This document shows positions 30,301-38,527 of a DNA stretch of 64,000 nt, piece by piece. The translations under genes were made by a program, and so were the position numbers. The notes beneath the pieces were generated by a model that worked only from the letters and a program-made list of their open reading frames with translations, had not been told where the DNA came from and ran no database searches. Origin of the DNA: a virus; the IMG/VR virus record IMGVR_UViG_3300031851_000014, positions 4,146 through 68,145 of that record. One strand, written 5' to 3'. Numbering within the stretch: the stretch's first letter is position 1; every line of letters begins with the position of its first letter.

Positions 30301-33300
30301 AATTACGCTGATGCAGACGGTAATCCTTTATTAGATCTTAAAGCAATTATGAAAAATCCTAGTATGACCCAGCCTTACGGGGCGGGAGTAGGATCTATGG
30401 CTAAGGCTATTTATGAAAACTTCTTTGTGACATACAGAGATAAACTTATTAGTGATAATGAGATTCCCCTTACTACATCTAACTTTGAACGTATGGCTAG
30501 AACAGCTTCTCAGTTATTAGCAAACGGTTTTCATGAAAGCTCTGCTAAAGAAGGATTATCTTGGGTTAATACTAACTTGTTTGGTAAAGGCTCAAATATG
30601 AATAACGAAAAGCTTAGAACCGTATTAACTAAGTTTAGAAGCGTTAGGAAAAGCCTTACAGGAGCTTCTACTCTTAGAGGATCAGGGGATGCAATTAAAG
30701 ATCCTACTGGTCTTAGAGCAATGGTTGCTGATAACGAATCAAAACAACAGGAACTTAATTCTATTATTGACGGTAATAGACCCATTGAGTTGTCTGAAGC
30801 TGATTCGTTTAATAACCTTCTTCGTCAAATGATGGGTCAGGCTGTTGTTCTTACTGACAACGGATTTGCTAAAAACAACACTGAGTCAGCAAACGGAATT
30901 AGAAAACTTATTATGAATATGGTAAGAGATGCTGAAGGAAATACAGATCTTCAAGATGCCATTAAAAATAAGAATTATCCTGAAGCCCGTAGATTATGGA
31001 AAGATATTACAGATCAAGATGAGATTAATAATATCAAATTATCGTCTTTAAACAGTTATATTCGTCAGGCACATAAATTCGATTTAGAGAAATTTAAATC
31101 ATTGCTTACATCTTTAGGATTAGAAGAAGAGTTTGCTATGCAAATTTTCGATAATTTATCTCCTATGGGTAGAAAAGCATTTGTTCAAAACTTCTTTAGG
31201 GAATTAGCTATTGGTCCTGATCACGGACGTATCTATACTAAAACTACCGAAGGACCAGATTTATTAATTGAAAAGTTAGTGCGTCCTGATGAAACCGCCG
31301 CTTTTTCAATTGCTGGTATGAAGCCAGATAATCTTTCTCGTGATCCTGAGGTGTTTGACGCTGAAATTAGAAGATTGACTTTACTTGACTTGGCTAAAAA
31401 AGCATCTTCTTTTGTTGAAGACGAAGATATGCCTGTTCTTTCTAAAGGTAAGTTTGAGTCTTCTACTCACGGAGGATTTTTAAACGAGTGGAAAAACCAT
31501 AGTGAATTGTCACGTAAATTAAGAAAAAACGCTAAAGATCAAATTAGACGTATTGATAATCTTTTATTTGAAGATATGGATAACGGACAAAAAGAAAAAT
31601 TAGATGTCCTTAGAAAAATGCTGTCTAAAATTGTTGATAGCGGTACTGATGCAAGAGACGGAACTATTGATGATCTTATGGTAGGTATTACTGGAAGTGA
31701 AATGCAACAGCAGGTTAATGCGCTTCCTAGTGCTTTAGGTTATTTACCTAAAACTTTCTTATCTGACTTTAACGATGCTCCTGCTACTATTCTTCGTAAG
31801 GCTCAGTTAGAGCGAACACAAAACGTTAAAACAATGCGATCTTTAGAGAAACAAATTAAAGACAAAAGAGTTACTGTGCAGCAAGATCCTTTCACAATAG
31901 AAGAATTAGCTTATGTTAAAACATTAGATAATATTGATGATATCAAACCTATTGCTTTTAAATCAATGTTACCTACCTCTGTTTTTGATACAGTAGCATT
32001 AAACATTTCAGATTCTCCTTCATTAAGAACAACTAGAGCTGTACTTCAAACAGAATTAGACAACTTTGTAGATAACGTAAAAAACTTAGGAGGAAACAAA
32101 GTATTAGAAGAAGCAGCATCAAAGGGTAAGTATGATGTTGTATTATTACATTACTTTGCTACATTAGCTAATAAAGAAGCTATGAAGACAAGGCAAGACA
32201 TTGCTTTAGCTTCTTCTGCTTTTGAAAAACAAAAAAGAGATTTTGTTGACTCTTTAGAAGAAACAGACCCAGATAAAATTATTAACGCTATTAAAAACAA
32301 TAGATCATTACAAGATATGGAGAAAAAATTAAATCTTCTTATCGAAGCTTCTCTTTTAGAAGAAGAAAGTACATTACGTAGTTTAACGCAATGGGGATTT
32401 GACGCAAAAAGAAATATTACGGATTTATATGATCTTAGGGGAGAATCGGTTGATTCTGTTTTCCCCGGTCAAACCATTGAAGAAGCTATTCAAAATACTA
32501 TTGTTAATAACGATGTTACAGCCGGTAACTTATTAGCGTGGTTGGCTAACGATGCTGAGTTTTTAGGGCAGGTCTTATTAGACGATCCTAATTCTAGATA
32601 TGTAGATAGCTACGGTGGTGATAACCCTGAACGCGCTTTAAATGCTCTTGGTGTTTTCTCTACTGGTGACTCTCCTTCTTTATACTTAAGTGCTTACGCT
32701 CAAAACTACGCTAAGAGGTATACTGTTTCTGCTATTTTAGGTAAATCACAAGATAAAATTACATCAGCAGAAATTCAAGCTTATAGAATTTGGAAAGATG
32801 CTAAGTATAAGTTAGATTCTGAAACTATGGATCGAATTAAAACAGACTTTCCTGAATTAGTAGAAGCATTAGAAAAACCAGAAAATTTAAAAAACATTCT
32901 TACATTAGAAGCAGAAGGACTTAAGCAAGCTACTAAAGCTTTTGATAATACTGCTTTGTTGTCTGAAATTACTAGAAACATTCCTTTAACAGAATCAGTT
33001 GCTGCCGACCTTTTAGAAAGGTATCCTAATATTGAAACAATAATTGGTAAAGTTAGCCCCGATATGACTCTTGAACGATTACTGTCTAGTAAGTCTGAAA
33101 ACTTACTTGGTGGAAAGCATAAAGCTTTAGTCAATCAGTTTGGAGACGTTACAGCTCCTCATAGAATTATCGGTAATGCTAAAATTAAACTAATGGCGGG
33201 TGAAAAATTAAATACTGTAAACTCAATTGGTAGTAAAGATATGATTGACGCTATAAGGTTTACTTCAACTCTTAGTTTAGAGTCTCTTCCTTTTGGAAAA

Positions 33301-36300
33301 AGTTTAGGAGATAACATTACCGGCCATGACCCATTTACTAAATTTGGATCATCTATTAGTAAAACTCGTAGACAAGCCGCAATTCTTAGTGAGGCTATTA
33401 AAGGTTTAGTTAAAGGTAAACCAGAAGCTGAGTTTGTTGTAGACAAACGAAATAGTTTTATTTCAGAAGGTAAAGCAAAACAAGCAGAGTTTGTTACTTA
33501 CAGTAATGCTCAAATTGAAGCTGCTCTTTCATCAGCAGAACAAACTATGGCACAGGGTATTTTAAGAGATTTAAACTTAACTCCGGTAGAATTAGATAAA
33601 ATCTTTAATACAGACGATAACGTAGCTAGAAATAAAAACGATGTTTACAGAGCTGCTAGACTTGTCCCGTTTTTATCTGAAAATAGCTCTGAATATAATA
33701 TCTTTAAAAAACAACAAGCCATTAAAGACAGTTTAAAAGGAAAACGAGCTGTTAATGATTTAGATGCGTTTAACGATTTTAAAGATAATGTTCTTCCTAT
33801 TTTAACAGAAATTAAAAAAGCTATTCAAACTAAAAAACAAAATGCAATTAAAAACGATCCAGATTTTAAAAGCAATGATATTAACAGTGTTGATCTTGTT
33901 GATGATTGGTTTACTAGTACTATTAGAAGTGCCGATATAGCTGATGATAACAACACTCCTGTTGTTAACGGTAATCAAGTGTATGACAGTCAATCTGTTG
34001 AATCTGCAAAAGTAGGAGCGGTAGCTAAAGCAGAACAAACTTCTCTTTTAGATAGAACAGACGGCAGTGAAGCTATGAAGGGAGTTAATACGGTAGACTT
34101 TGCGTTTAGCGATAAACAGTTTATTGATAATGGTCCCGAACACCTTAGATTTATTGAAGCTATTAACCCTCTTGTAACAAGAGGCGTTTTAACTAACGAT
34201 GATAAATTACTTCTTAAGATTGTTTTTAATGATAGGTCTAACAATACAATGTTAAAGCAGTTGTTTGATGAAGATGATTCTGTTACTATGGTAGCTAACG
34301 ACGCTAATGTCAGTTTATCAGATACAAGTGCAGCAACACTTAGAACAAGAATTGAAGTAGCTAACAATTTAGCTAAACAATTTGATAAAATCGGTAAGTT
34401 AGGTGCTGCTGGGGTTGTACTAGAAGAGTTAGGCCACGCTATTGGTAAACGAATGAGTAAAGACGGAATGCAATCGTTTATCATTAGAGCAAAGCAGTTA
34501 TTAAAAGATGAAGACGGTTTTAATGCTTTTATAGCTCTTGAAAAAGAATTATTTGGTGCTGAAACTAGAGTAGATTATAGTAACAGAGTTGAACACATTC
34601 GTAAATTTATTGATGAAGAAGACATTAAAGCGGTACGTAGTAATGAAACTTTTGGTATTTTATTCGCTATTACTTCTATTTTAGGGAAAGATACACGAGC
34701 TTTACTTAATGAGGATACTGATATACTTGCTAAATTGTATAGTGATTCTAATCATTATATTTCTCGTTTGCGTTCTTATTATAGTGTAGCCGAATCTTCT
34801 CCTGTAAGTATTGATGATCTTACTCACCCTATGAATATTGAGGCTAATTTACATAAAGTTGTTTATAATAATCCAGACGAGATTTCAAGCGAGATGATTG
34901 GAGGTGACCCTCGTCCAGATTTTAAACCCAACCATTTATATAATAGAGCCACAGAAGTAGGAACACTTCCAGAACAAAGAGAAGCATATTTAGATGAAAA
35001 CATTAAAGCTGCTACTATAGCAGATGGTAGGTTTAATCCTAATTTATTAGATAATAATACACAAAATAAATTAAGAGCTGTCACAAAACATTTAGATAGT
35101 TTCGTTAAAGATGCTAGTAAAGGCACTCTTATTGATAGTCCTATGTTTACTCTAATGGCTAATGCTTCTATGGGATTAATGTCAAGACAAACTGTTGAAA
35201 AACTTATGCTTAATTTAGCGCAGCCATTTGGGGCAAGACGATTTGCGTTTTTAGCTAACAATAAAGATGGGCAGTCTGGTATTTCTTTACTGTTATTAGG
35301 AATGGTCGATACAAAAAATCTTGTGTCTACATCATCTTTTAATACCGCTCTTCCTACTATGCAAGGACTTCAAGTTCATTTAGATGGTGTTTTTGAACCT
35401 CTTATGAAACCTTTGTTAGATCTTAAAAGAATTAACTCTACTAGAGGTATGACAGGCGTTGCTTCTTATCAAGCCTTTACAGGACTCTTTTGGAAAATGG
35501 TTATGAACAGAGACGGCGATTCAGGAGCAATTACAGGATGGGCCGGTAAAACTAAAGCTAAACAAATCGGTATTGCTGAATTAGATAAAATCTATAAAAA
35601 AGCAAACGAAGAACTTCCTTTTGATCCAGAAACAGGCAAAATTACTGATCCTGAATTAGATCATACATTAGATATCTTAGTTGAAACCGCAAGAGCTTGG
35701 GCTGATCCTAAAGATGGTGTATATCAACAAATTTTAACGGCTCAAGTTGATAACGGTAGGTTTGATTCTACCTTTGCAGCGGAAGCTATTATGAGTGGTG
35801 TTGTCCCTATTAAATTTGCTGATGAATTATTTACAAGAGGTGAAATGGCTAATAATCCTGATCTAAGAGAAACATTTAGAAAAGCCTTTGCTGATCATTT
35901 ATACAGCACAATGACAGACAGAAACAATAAATTTATCCACGAAGATTTATTTTCTTTAGTTTTTGCTGATAGGCTAGAAGGAGATATTGATGCTCCTACT
36001 CGTATTACCGGAATGGATTTAGCTAGTGGTGTTTACCAGAAGTATTTAGACGAAGCTTCAACACCCGCTGATGCGTGGGCTAACTTTACAAATGATATAA
36101 AACAAGGTAAACTGAGCAAATATGATTTATTAAGCGGAGAAGAGTTACAATATTTTTACGAGTCGATTAACCAAGAAAATATTACCGTATCAGAAAAACA
36201 GAATAAAATGATGAATAATATCGAAAATAGGCTTGATAGTAAGACACCTAGATCTGGTAAAAAATCATCTTCTAGTGCTAACAAAGAAAGACTTATTGAG

Positions 36301-38370
36301 TTTGTAGCAGAAGAGTATGCTTTAACATCTGGTTCTTCTGCCTATAGTTTCATAAACGATAGGTTTGTAGATAACGCTAGACTTTTAGATGATCCTAACA
36401 TTGAGAGGTTTCTTAATGTTGACCCGCTTGAAGTTTTTGATGCTGTCAAACGAGGTCAAGCAGGACAAGCCTTTGATAGGCAAATTGTTGGTAATGCTTT
36501 AGGTATGCAAGGATTTGGCGTAGGTGATTTAATTAGATTACTTCGATACGCTAATGAAGACTCTACTTTTAAACCTGAACATGTTATTGTAAACTCTAAT
36601 TTACAGGGTTATGAAAAGAGAACTTTAGGTAAAACAGAGCAACAAAAATATTCTAAAGTTTTAGAGTATTTAGAAGATGCCTACCATATGGCTATGGGTA
36701 ATTTGTCTTACGATAAGACAGATAAAAGTTCTATTGGTTTTATTAGTATGCTTACTACTATTGCTGACGCTGGTACAGCTTTAAGTGTTGGCCCTCGTTT
36801 AGGCATGGCGGCATTACTTGAAGAAACCCCTATGGCTATTATCGGTGAACTTAAATCATCCTTAGATTCTATTAGACAAGAAGGGCGTGAATCTATTGGC
36901 TTCTTTAAAAACTTAGGAAACAGAGAAGCTCTTCAACAGTGGATCCAAGGAATGGGACATATTACCAGAGATTTACAACGAGAGTCTAGTACTCTTATGT
37001 TAAAGATGGGTATCGACCCTAAGCAAATTAGTCAAAACAGAGCAGACAAAGCTGTCCAACGAATGTATAAAGTTTCATCTACAGGATTAGATTATCAAAC
37101 AGCCATTAACCGCGCCCGTGGTGTTAGGAAATGGATTAATGAATTAAACTCTATGTTTGTAAATGAGGCTAATGCAGATATTTCATTTACTCATTCGGAT
37201 GGTCATACTGTTTCTGTTTCTTCTCGAAACCTTAAAAGTAACGCATCCTTTGATACGGTTTACGAAGTTGTGCAAGGAATGGGAGATCTTACTCGTTATA
37301 CATCTACTGAAATTAAAGATAATTTAAAACAACTTAAACTTTCTGCTGAAACATTAGATGCTGTTATTGACATGATGAGAAATGGTTTATTCTCAGAAGA
37401 GTTAGCTCCTATCTTTAAAAAACTTTGGTTAGAAAACTACAATACCATAATTAAACAAGGAATCCCATTTGAAGAAATGATGAAAACAATTAACTTTGAT
37501 TATAATTCTTCAGCTAAAGAAAGAGCGCAAACATCTCAGGTTATCATGGCTCTTAGAGAAATTGCCTTTAATGCGTCAACCAGATACGCTAAACAGCCTA
37601 CTCTTTCAGAGAATGCTGCTTTAGGTTCTAGAAGACTTGGTGCTTTCTCTAGGTTAGTTACTCAATTAACAAACTATGCCTCATCTGTGTTTGGGTCATT
37701 GAGAAAAGCGCAAACTGTAAGCCCAGCGTTATTTGCCTCAGCTTTCTTAGGTCACGCTATATCGGGATACATGTATTATAAGTTAGTTCAAATGCAAAAC
37801 TCTAAGACTTTTGAAGAAATTCTAAAAGAATGGGAAAAAGACCCTATGTCAGAAATTAGAGATGCCCTAATGTCAGTTCCTTTCTTTGGTATGAATCAAA
37901 TGCCTATTGTGGCTCTTACACAGGTGTTGCGAGGAGAAAGACCTCAAAACACCCAGATATTTAACTTTGCTTCGTTGGCTATGATTAATAAGATTCTTCA
38001 GTTACCCGCTAAAACAATGAAAAGCGTTGGTGATATTCAAGAGGGTAATATCTCACGCGGCGCAGCTAACATGTCATCTACTGTTCCCTTACCGTTTATG
38101 CCTATTGTGTCACTCGGGTTAAGGTCTTGGGATACTAAGATGCCTTTGTTTGGATTTAAAGATAATTCTAAGAAAATACAAAGACCTAAAAATCCTCCAA
38201 AGATTACTAAGTCTACGCCTGCTACAACTTCTGCAACGGAACCAAATGTAGATGCAATGAGACAGCGTAAACCTGAGACGACACCACGTCAGGAATTAGA
38301 CAGTCTTAATACGACTCCTGAGAGTCTAACAGAAGCTCTTAATCAAAGGTTTATACCAAAGCCATATTAA
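24385..38370 (+). CDS. Giant ejection protein (gp16 position, 4661 aa) with an embedded single-subunit RNA polymerase-like domain (putative virion RNAP)
   Basis: Motif A-like GEFDADASGNN (30007-30039); motif B-like KAIMKNPSMTQPYG (30340-30381); Gly-rich membrane-active N-terminal segments; no Cys seen. Confidence 0.7.
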   Translation: MPINFSSENYSKNAVDFYNSVQQEKMNEIFKTPKLSDITEQYEQRVKNTSFALQYGMAAEAALDEEEAKTVSEEYDNIMYNSFAPFRLDPKEVNERIARDNRESLRMIKVANEAGIENLRFEGGEEFKKTIQYAMAFPLTAPNVMNNRLIGYVPDNLGGTFYDLSESWSEASYTNAINAHKVMSMFGQVPESVSRGASMTIADDQTKGSIKMLLDMIKKENATFDPSYDENFVLRQSEAMALEDSVSWNKNAGFFEGAGRFLVSSFDTLGGAFTNFGDDGPVLDFLGYKDKIWMGDKETEGIRDLLLNAIETSDNLDPKIKDWLSNNPDVLDLLKNSSNGAAFTAGLNEKRFQYKAAVLEQETQGNKTFGAYAKIFGHGFMLDPTLGLDIAATIGTGGLKAGGMITRGGLRATGRLLSLGTSKQLASRTGLLTRLNRQSIAALTRESKFFRLSNFLKKGTDQLSLLQKVMPTQILSELLVPLSRRLLTSGKDEGVDLLTYLKGNDYLPKSVTGKAMYRAIAGSVEGLVWGRIEYSYAAAYEDSLNVAMFGQEQADVLSYMRNQSGAMTQSMLMGGVMGGLLGPAIGGTFDAAGASVTGTANLINKWSEVSPDNWLNKTTAFAEKNFNERIAKTSWWNVTKSIINVATENNMTADARLSVNKAIPKIEFGQTDESASNSARTLEEKLYQLSEKSHNSGAVNFQKAVDEVVNSIPEGETVSAEAFTIRVENALVNQVQDRAIRLGLRYTLVTGTVKTLTDFESDAKRNELTNDGKPAEPVTKTEGNEFSVEAERLAEVKKTKETELAAEEEKIEKLREALAAKREANKNNPDEADTEGVAKLEEEIKEASTTIENMDKDIKEVGLQVAQAAANYAATNKESVITNQAVFNKLLKEKLLDDINKQEDMHPIAAMMLFGMDETLVRKMKNGATLEQKAVLDKLLALNPDDAPLDSNEIASLKDVIEDNFLEEIGKGDEVVPHTLFDQLIKEGISTESAFNEAYNFSFEELAADDARRGQAILVDEEGNSLLTKEQQTSLNEAIAKVAAIRDKINEGNVEDLNFNKAVLNELAEALGIEKPNKIKDKTKLAAKIKEAWDNATQEQRDAYDNIIIDRNFTDDIFKSKATQNIEAVIREAVEEQADDLVTREQQKARDESDEYQNTTDEIDEALAPFREQKRNAETAPNADRARSNEASTNLILLGLVEANKINDMRTQKFINLLSEGQFGAALEMLVVRESDDPQQIKNNKWAMAMEKGIGTSLSVKEMMARARDGKDPNAAQYLRSELPRAWRERGDGLKINTIEVDEQIKSARDYLAENGTDQQKKHFAALEKKQKSQREAIDRIIESRRQDIIDRKVRLAAERVIAESRPAIGFVKPILKALQSINGHIIRAKNSPKNVTGSIETEFSYDISINKEELIGVLKANNLLGLMLRIDTESGALNKKVDSYDSKIVMNALQDKLVSVAPALRDTFIPGLQRIYDNMYNNKIDGTGLYKGDGSIRNLLDSMEDVLDEEASFYTTQFNNNGGRYYDNNNAYTLDADSWDSDFTRAINRLDFGDYFNDTPSITPEQKAARVLNDLNDSLGNRKLTRPNELGSTRAALGPKRAARAVRSALLGEKATTSSVSETSLVVTGGRREAKRTLGANRATGIQKETDSQLINMFDEYVVQKRQGYFLDDDLTDEDLDVLENWLENLKVKDIPNRVRAENSLLPTPVIRSLTEKLPQNIKERVEQNKINMLRSDPAFMSTVHDAIFPMLSSEISTSGQHFAWNFSKQDKDGNTFYPFRGLGFGFPIADARPDTINAALAAATEITFNYENLISTAFETWKSGKWRSKLKPETRENVPEDMSFGEFFFGGEIEKLSVEEQKAISEELFPTIGEFDADASGNNVMVSIVNGVEGAGATRDFLSELVKEVDAGRLDEFLESNYKTSYERTKEIVQNDLNDPTTREAVKKAASRGEASPDLDEAIEISAKIFNYADADGNPLLDLKAIMKNPSMTQPYGAGVGSMAKAIYENFFVTYRDKLISDNEIPLTTSNFERMARTASQLLANGFHESSAKEGLSWVNTNLFGKGSNMNNEKLRTVLTKFRSVRKSLTGASTLRGSGDAIKDPTGLRAMVADNESKQQELNSIIDGNRPIELSEADSFNNLLRQMMGQAVVLTDNGFAKNNTESANGIRKLIMNMVRDAEGNTDLQDAIKNKNYPEARRLWKDITDQDEINNIKLSSLNSYIRQAHKFDLEKFKSLLTSLGLEEEFAMQIFDNLSPMGRKAFVQNFFRELAIGPDHGRIYTKTTEGPDLLIEKLVRPDETAAFSIAGMKPDNLSRDPEVFDAEIRRLTLLDLAKKASSFVEDEDMPVLSKGKFESSTHGGFLNEWKNHSELSRKLRKNAKDQIRRIDNLLFEDMDNGQKEKLDVLRKMLSKIVDSGTDARDGTIDDLMVGITGSEMQQQVNALPSALGYLPKTFLSDFNDAPATILRKAQLERTQNVKTMRSLEKQIKDKRVTVQQDPFTIEELAYVKTLDNIDDIKPIAFKSMLPTSVFDTVALNISDSPSLRTTRAVLQTELDNFVDNVKNLGGNKVLEEAASKGKYDVVLLHYFATLANKEAMKTRQDIALASSAFEKQKRDFVDSLEETDPDKIINAIKNNRSLQDMEKKLNLLIEASLLEEESTLRSLTQWGFDAKRNITDLYDLRGESVDSVFPGQTIEEAIQNTIVNNDVTAGNLLAWLANDAEFLGQVLLDDPNSRYVDSYGGDNPERALNALGVFSTGDSPSLYLSAYAQNYAKRYTVSAILGKSQDKITSAEIQAYRIWKDAKYKLDSETMDRIKTDFPELVEALEKPENLKNILTLEAEGLKQATKAFDNTALLSEITRNIPLTESVAADLLERYPNIETIIGKVSPDMTLERLLSSKSENLLGGKHKALVNQFGDVTAPHRIIGNAKIKLMAGEKLNTVNSIGSKDMIDAIRFTSTLSLESLPFGKSLGDNITGHDPFTKFGSSISKTRRQAAILSEAIKGLVKGKPEAEFVVDKRNSFISEGKAKQAEFVTYSNAQIEAALSSAEQTMAQGILRDLNLTPVELDKIFNTDDNVARNKNDVYRAARLVPFLSENSSEYNIFKKQQAIKDSLKGKRAVNDLDAFNDFKDNVLPILTEIKKAIQTKKQNAIKNDPDFKSNDINSVDLVDDWFTSTIRSADIADDNNTPVVNGNQVYDSQSVESAKVGAVAKAEQTSLLDRTDGSEAMKGVNTVDFAFSDKQFIDNGPEHLRFIEAINPLVTRGVLTNDDKLLLKIVFNDRSNNTMLKQLFDEDDSVTMVANDANVSLSDTSAATLRTRIEVANNLAKQFDKIGKLGAAGVVLEELGHAIGKRMSKDGMQSFIIRAKQLLKDEDGFNAFIALEKELFGAETRVDYSNRVEHIRKFIDEEDIKAVRSNETFGILFAITSILGKDTRALLNEDTDILAKLYSDSNHYISRLRSYYSVAESSPVSIDDLTHPMNIEANLHKVVYNNPDEISSEMIGGDPRPDFKPNHLYNRATEVGTLPEQREAYLDENIKAATIADGRFNPNLLDNNTQNKLRAVTKHLDSFVKDASKGTLIDSPMFTLMANASMGLMSRQTVEKLMLNLAQPFGARRFAFLANNKDGQSGISLLLLGMVDTKNLVSTSSFNTALPTMQGLQVHLDGVFEPLMKPLLDLKRINSTRGMTGVASYQAFTGLFWKMVMNRDGDSGAITGWAGKTKAKQIGIAELDKIYKKANEELPFDPETGKITDPELDHTLDILVETARAWADPKDGVYQQILTAQVDNGRFDSTFAAEAIMSGVVPIKFADELFTRGEMANNPDLRETFRKAFADHLYSTMTDRNNKFIHEDLFSLVFADRLEGDIDAPTRITGMDLASGVYQKYLDEASTPADAWANFTNDIKQGKLSKYDLLSGEELQYFYESINQENITVSEKQNKMMNNIENRLDSKTPRSGKKSSSSANKERLIEFVAEEYALTSGSSAYSFINDRFVDNARLLDDPNIERFLNVDPLEVFDAVKRGQAGQAFDRQIVGNALGMQGFGVGDLIRLLRYANEDSTFKPEHVIVNSNLQGYEKRTLGKTEQQKYSKVLEYLEDAYHMAMGNLSYDKTDKSSIGFISMLTTIADAGTALSVGPRLGMAALLEETPMAIIGELKSSLDSIRQEGRESIGFFKNLGNREALQQWIQGMGHITRDLQRESSTLMLKMGIDPKQISQNRADKAVQRMYKVSSTGLDYQTAINRARGVRKWINELNSMFVNEANADISFTHSDGHTVSVSSRNLKSNASFDTVYEVVQGMGDLTRYTSTEIKDNLKQLKLSAETLDAVIDMMRNGLFSEELAPIFKKLWLENYNTIIKQGIPFEEMMKTINFDYNSSAKERAQTSQVIMALREIAFNASTRYAKQPTLSENAALGSRRLGAFSRLVTQLTNYASSVFGSLRKAQTVSPALFASAFLGHAISGYMYYKLVQMQNSKTFEEILKEWEKDPMSEIRDALMSVPFFGMNQMPIVALTQVLRGERPQNTQIFNFASLAMINKILQLPAKTMKSVGDIQEGNISRGAANMSSTVPLPFMPIVSLGLRSWDTKMPLFGFKDNSKKIQRPKNPPKITKSTPATTSATEPNVDAMRQRKPETTPRQELDSLNTTPESLTEALNQRFIPKPY

Positions 38371-38390
38371 AAAACCCACAGTATAACAAA
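38368..38390 (+). promoter_or_regulatory. Repeated promoter-like motif, copy 1 (TAAAAAACCCACAGTATAAC)
   Basis: Recurs at 43639, 52344 and 58832. Confidence 0.55.
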
Positions 38391-38397
38391 AGAGAGT

Positions 38398-38429
38398 GGG
38401 AGTCTATAGATTTCTTTCTATAGACTCCC
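38398..38429 (+). other. Perfect 13-bp inverted repeat
   Basis: GGGAGTCTATAGA-TTTCTT-TCTATAGACTCCC, followed by an AT-rich tract. Confidence 0.65.
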
Positions 38430-38527
38430 TCTATTATACCTATATATTATATAACTAAGTACCCCTATTGATTACCGGGGGGATTACTCAAAGTTCACTG
38501 CGGCTATGCCGCTCTTTGGAGTCTGAC

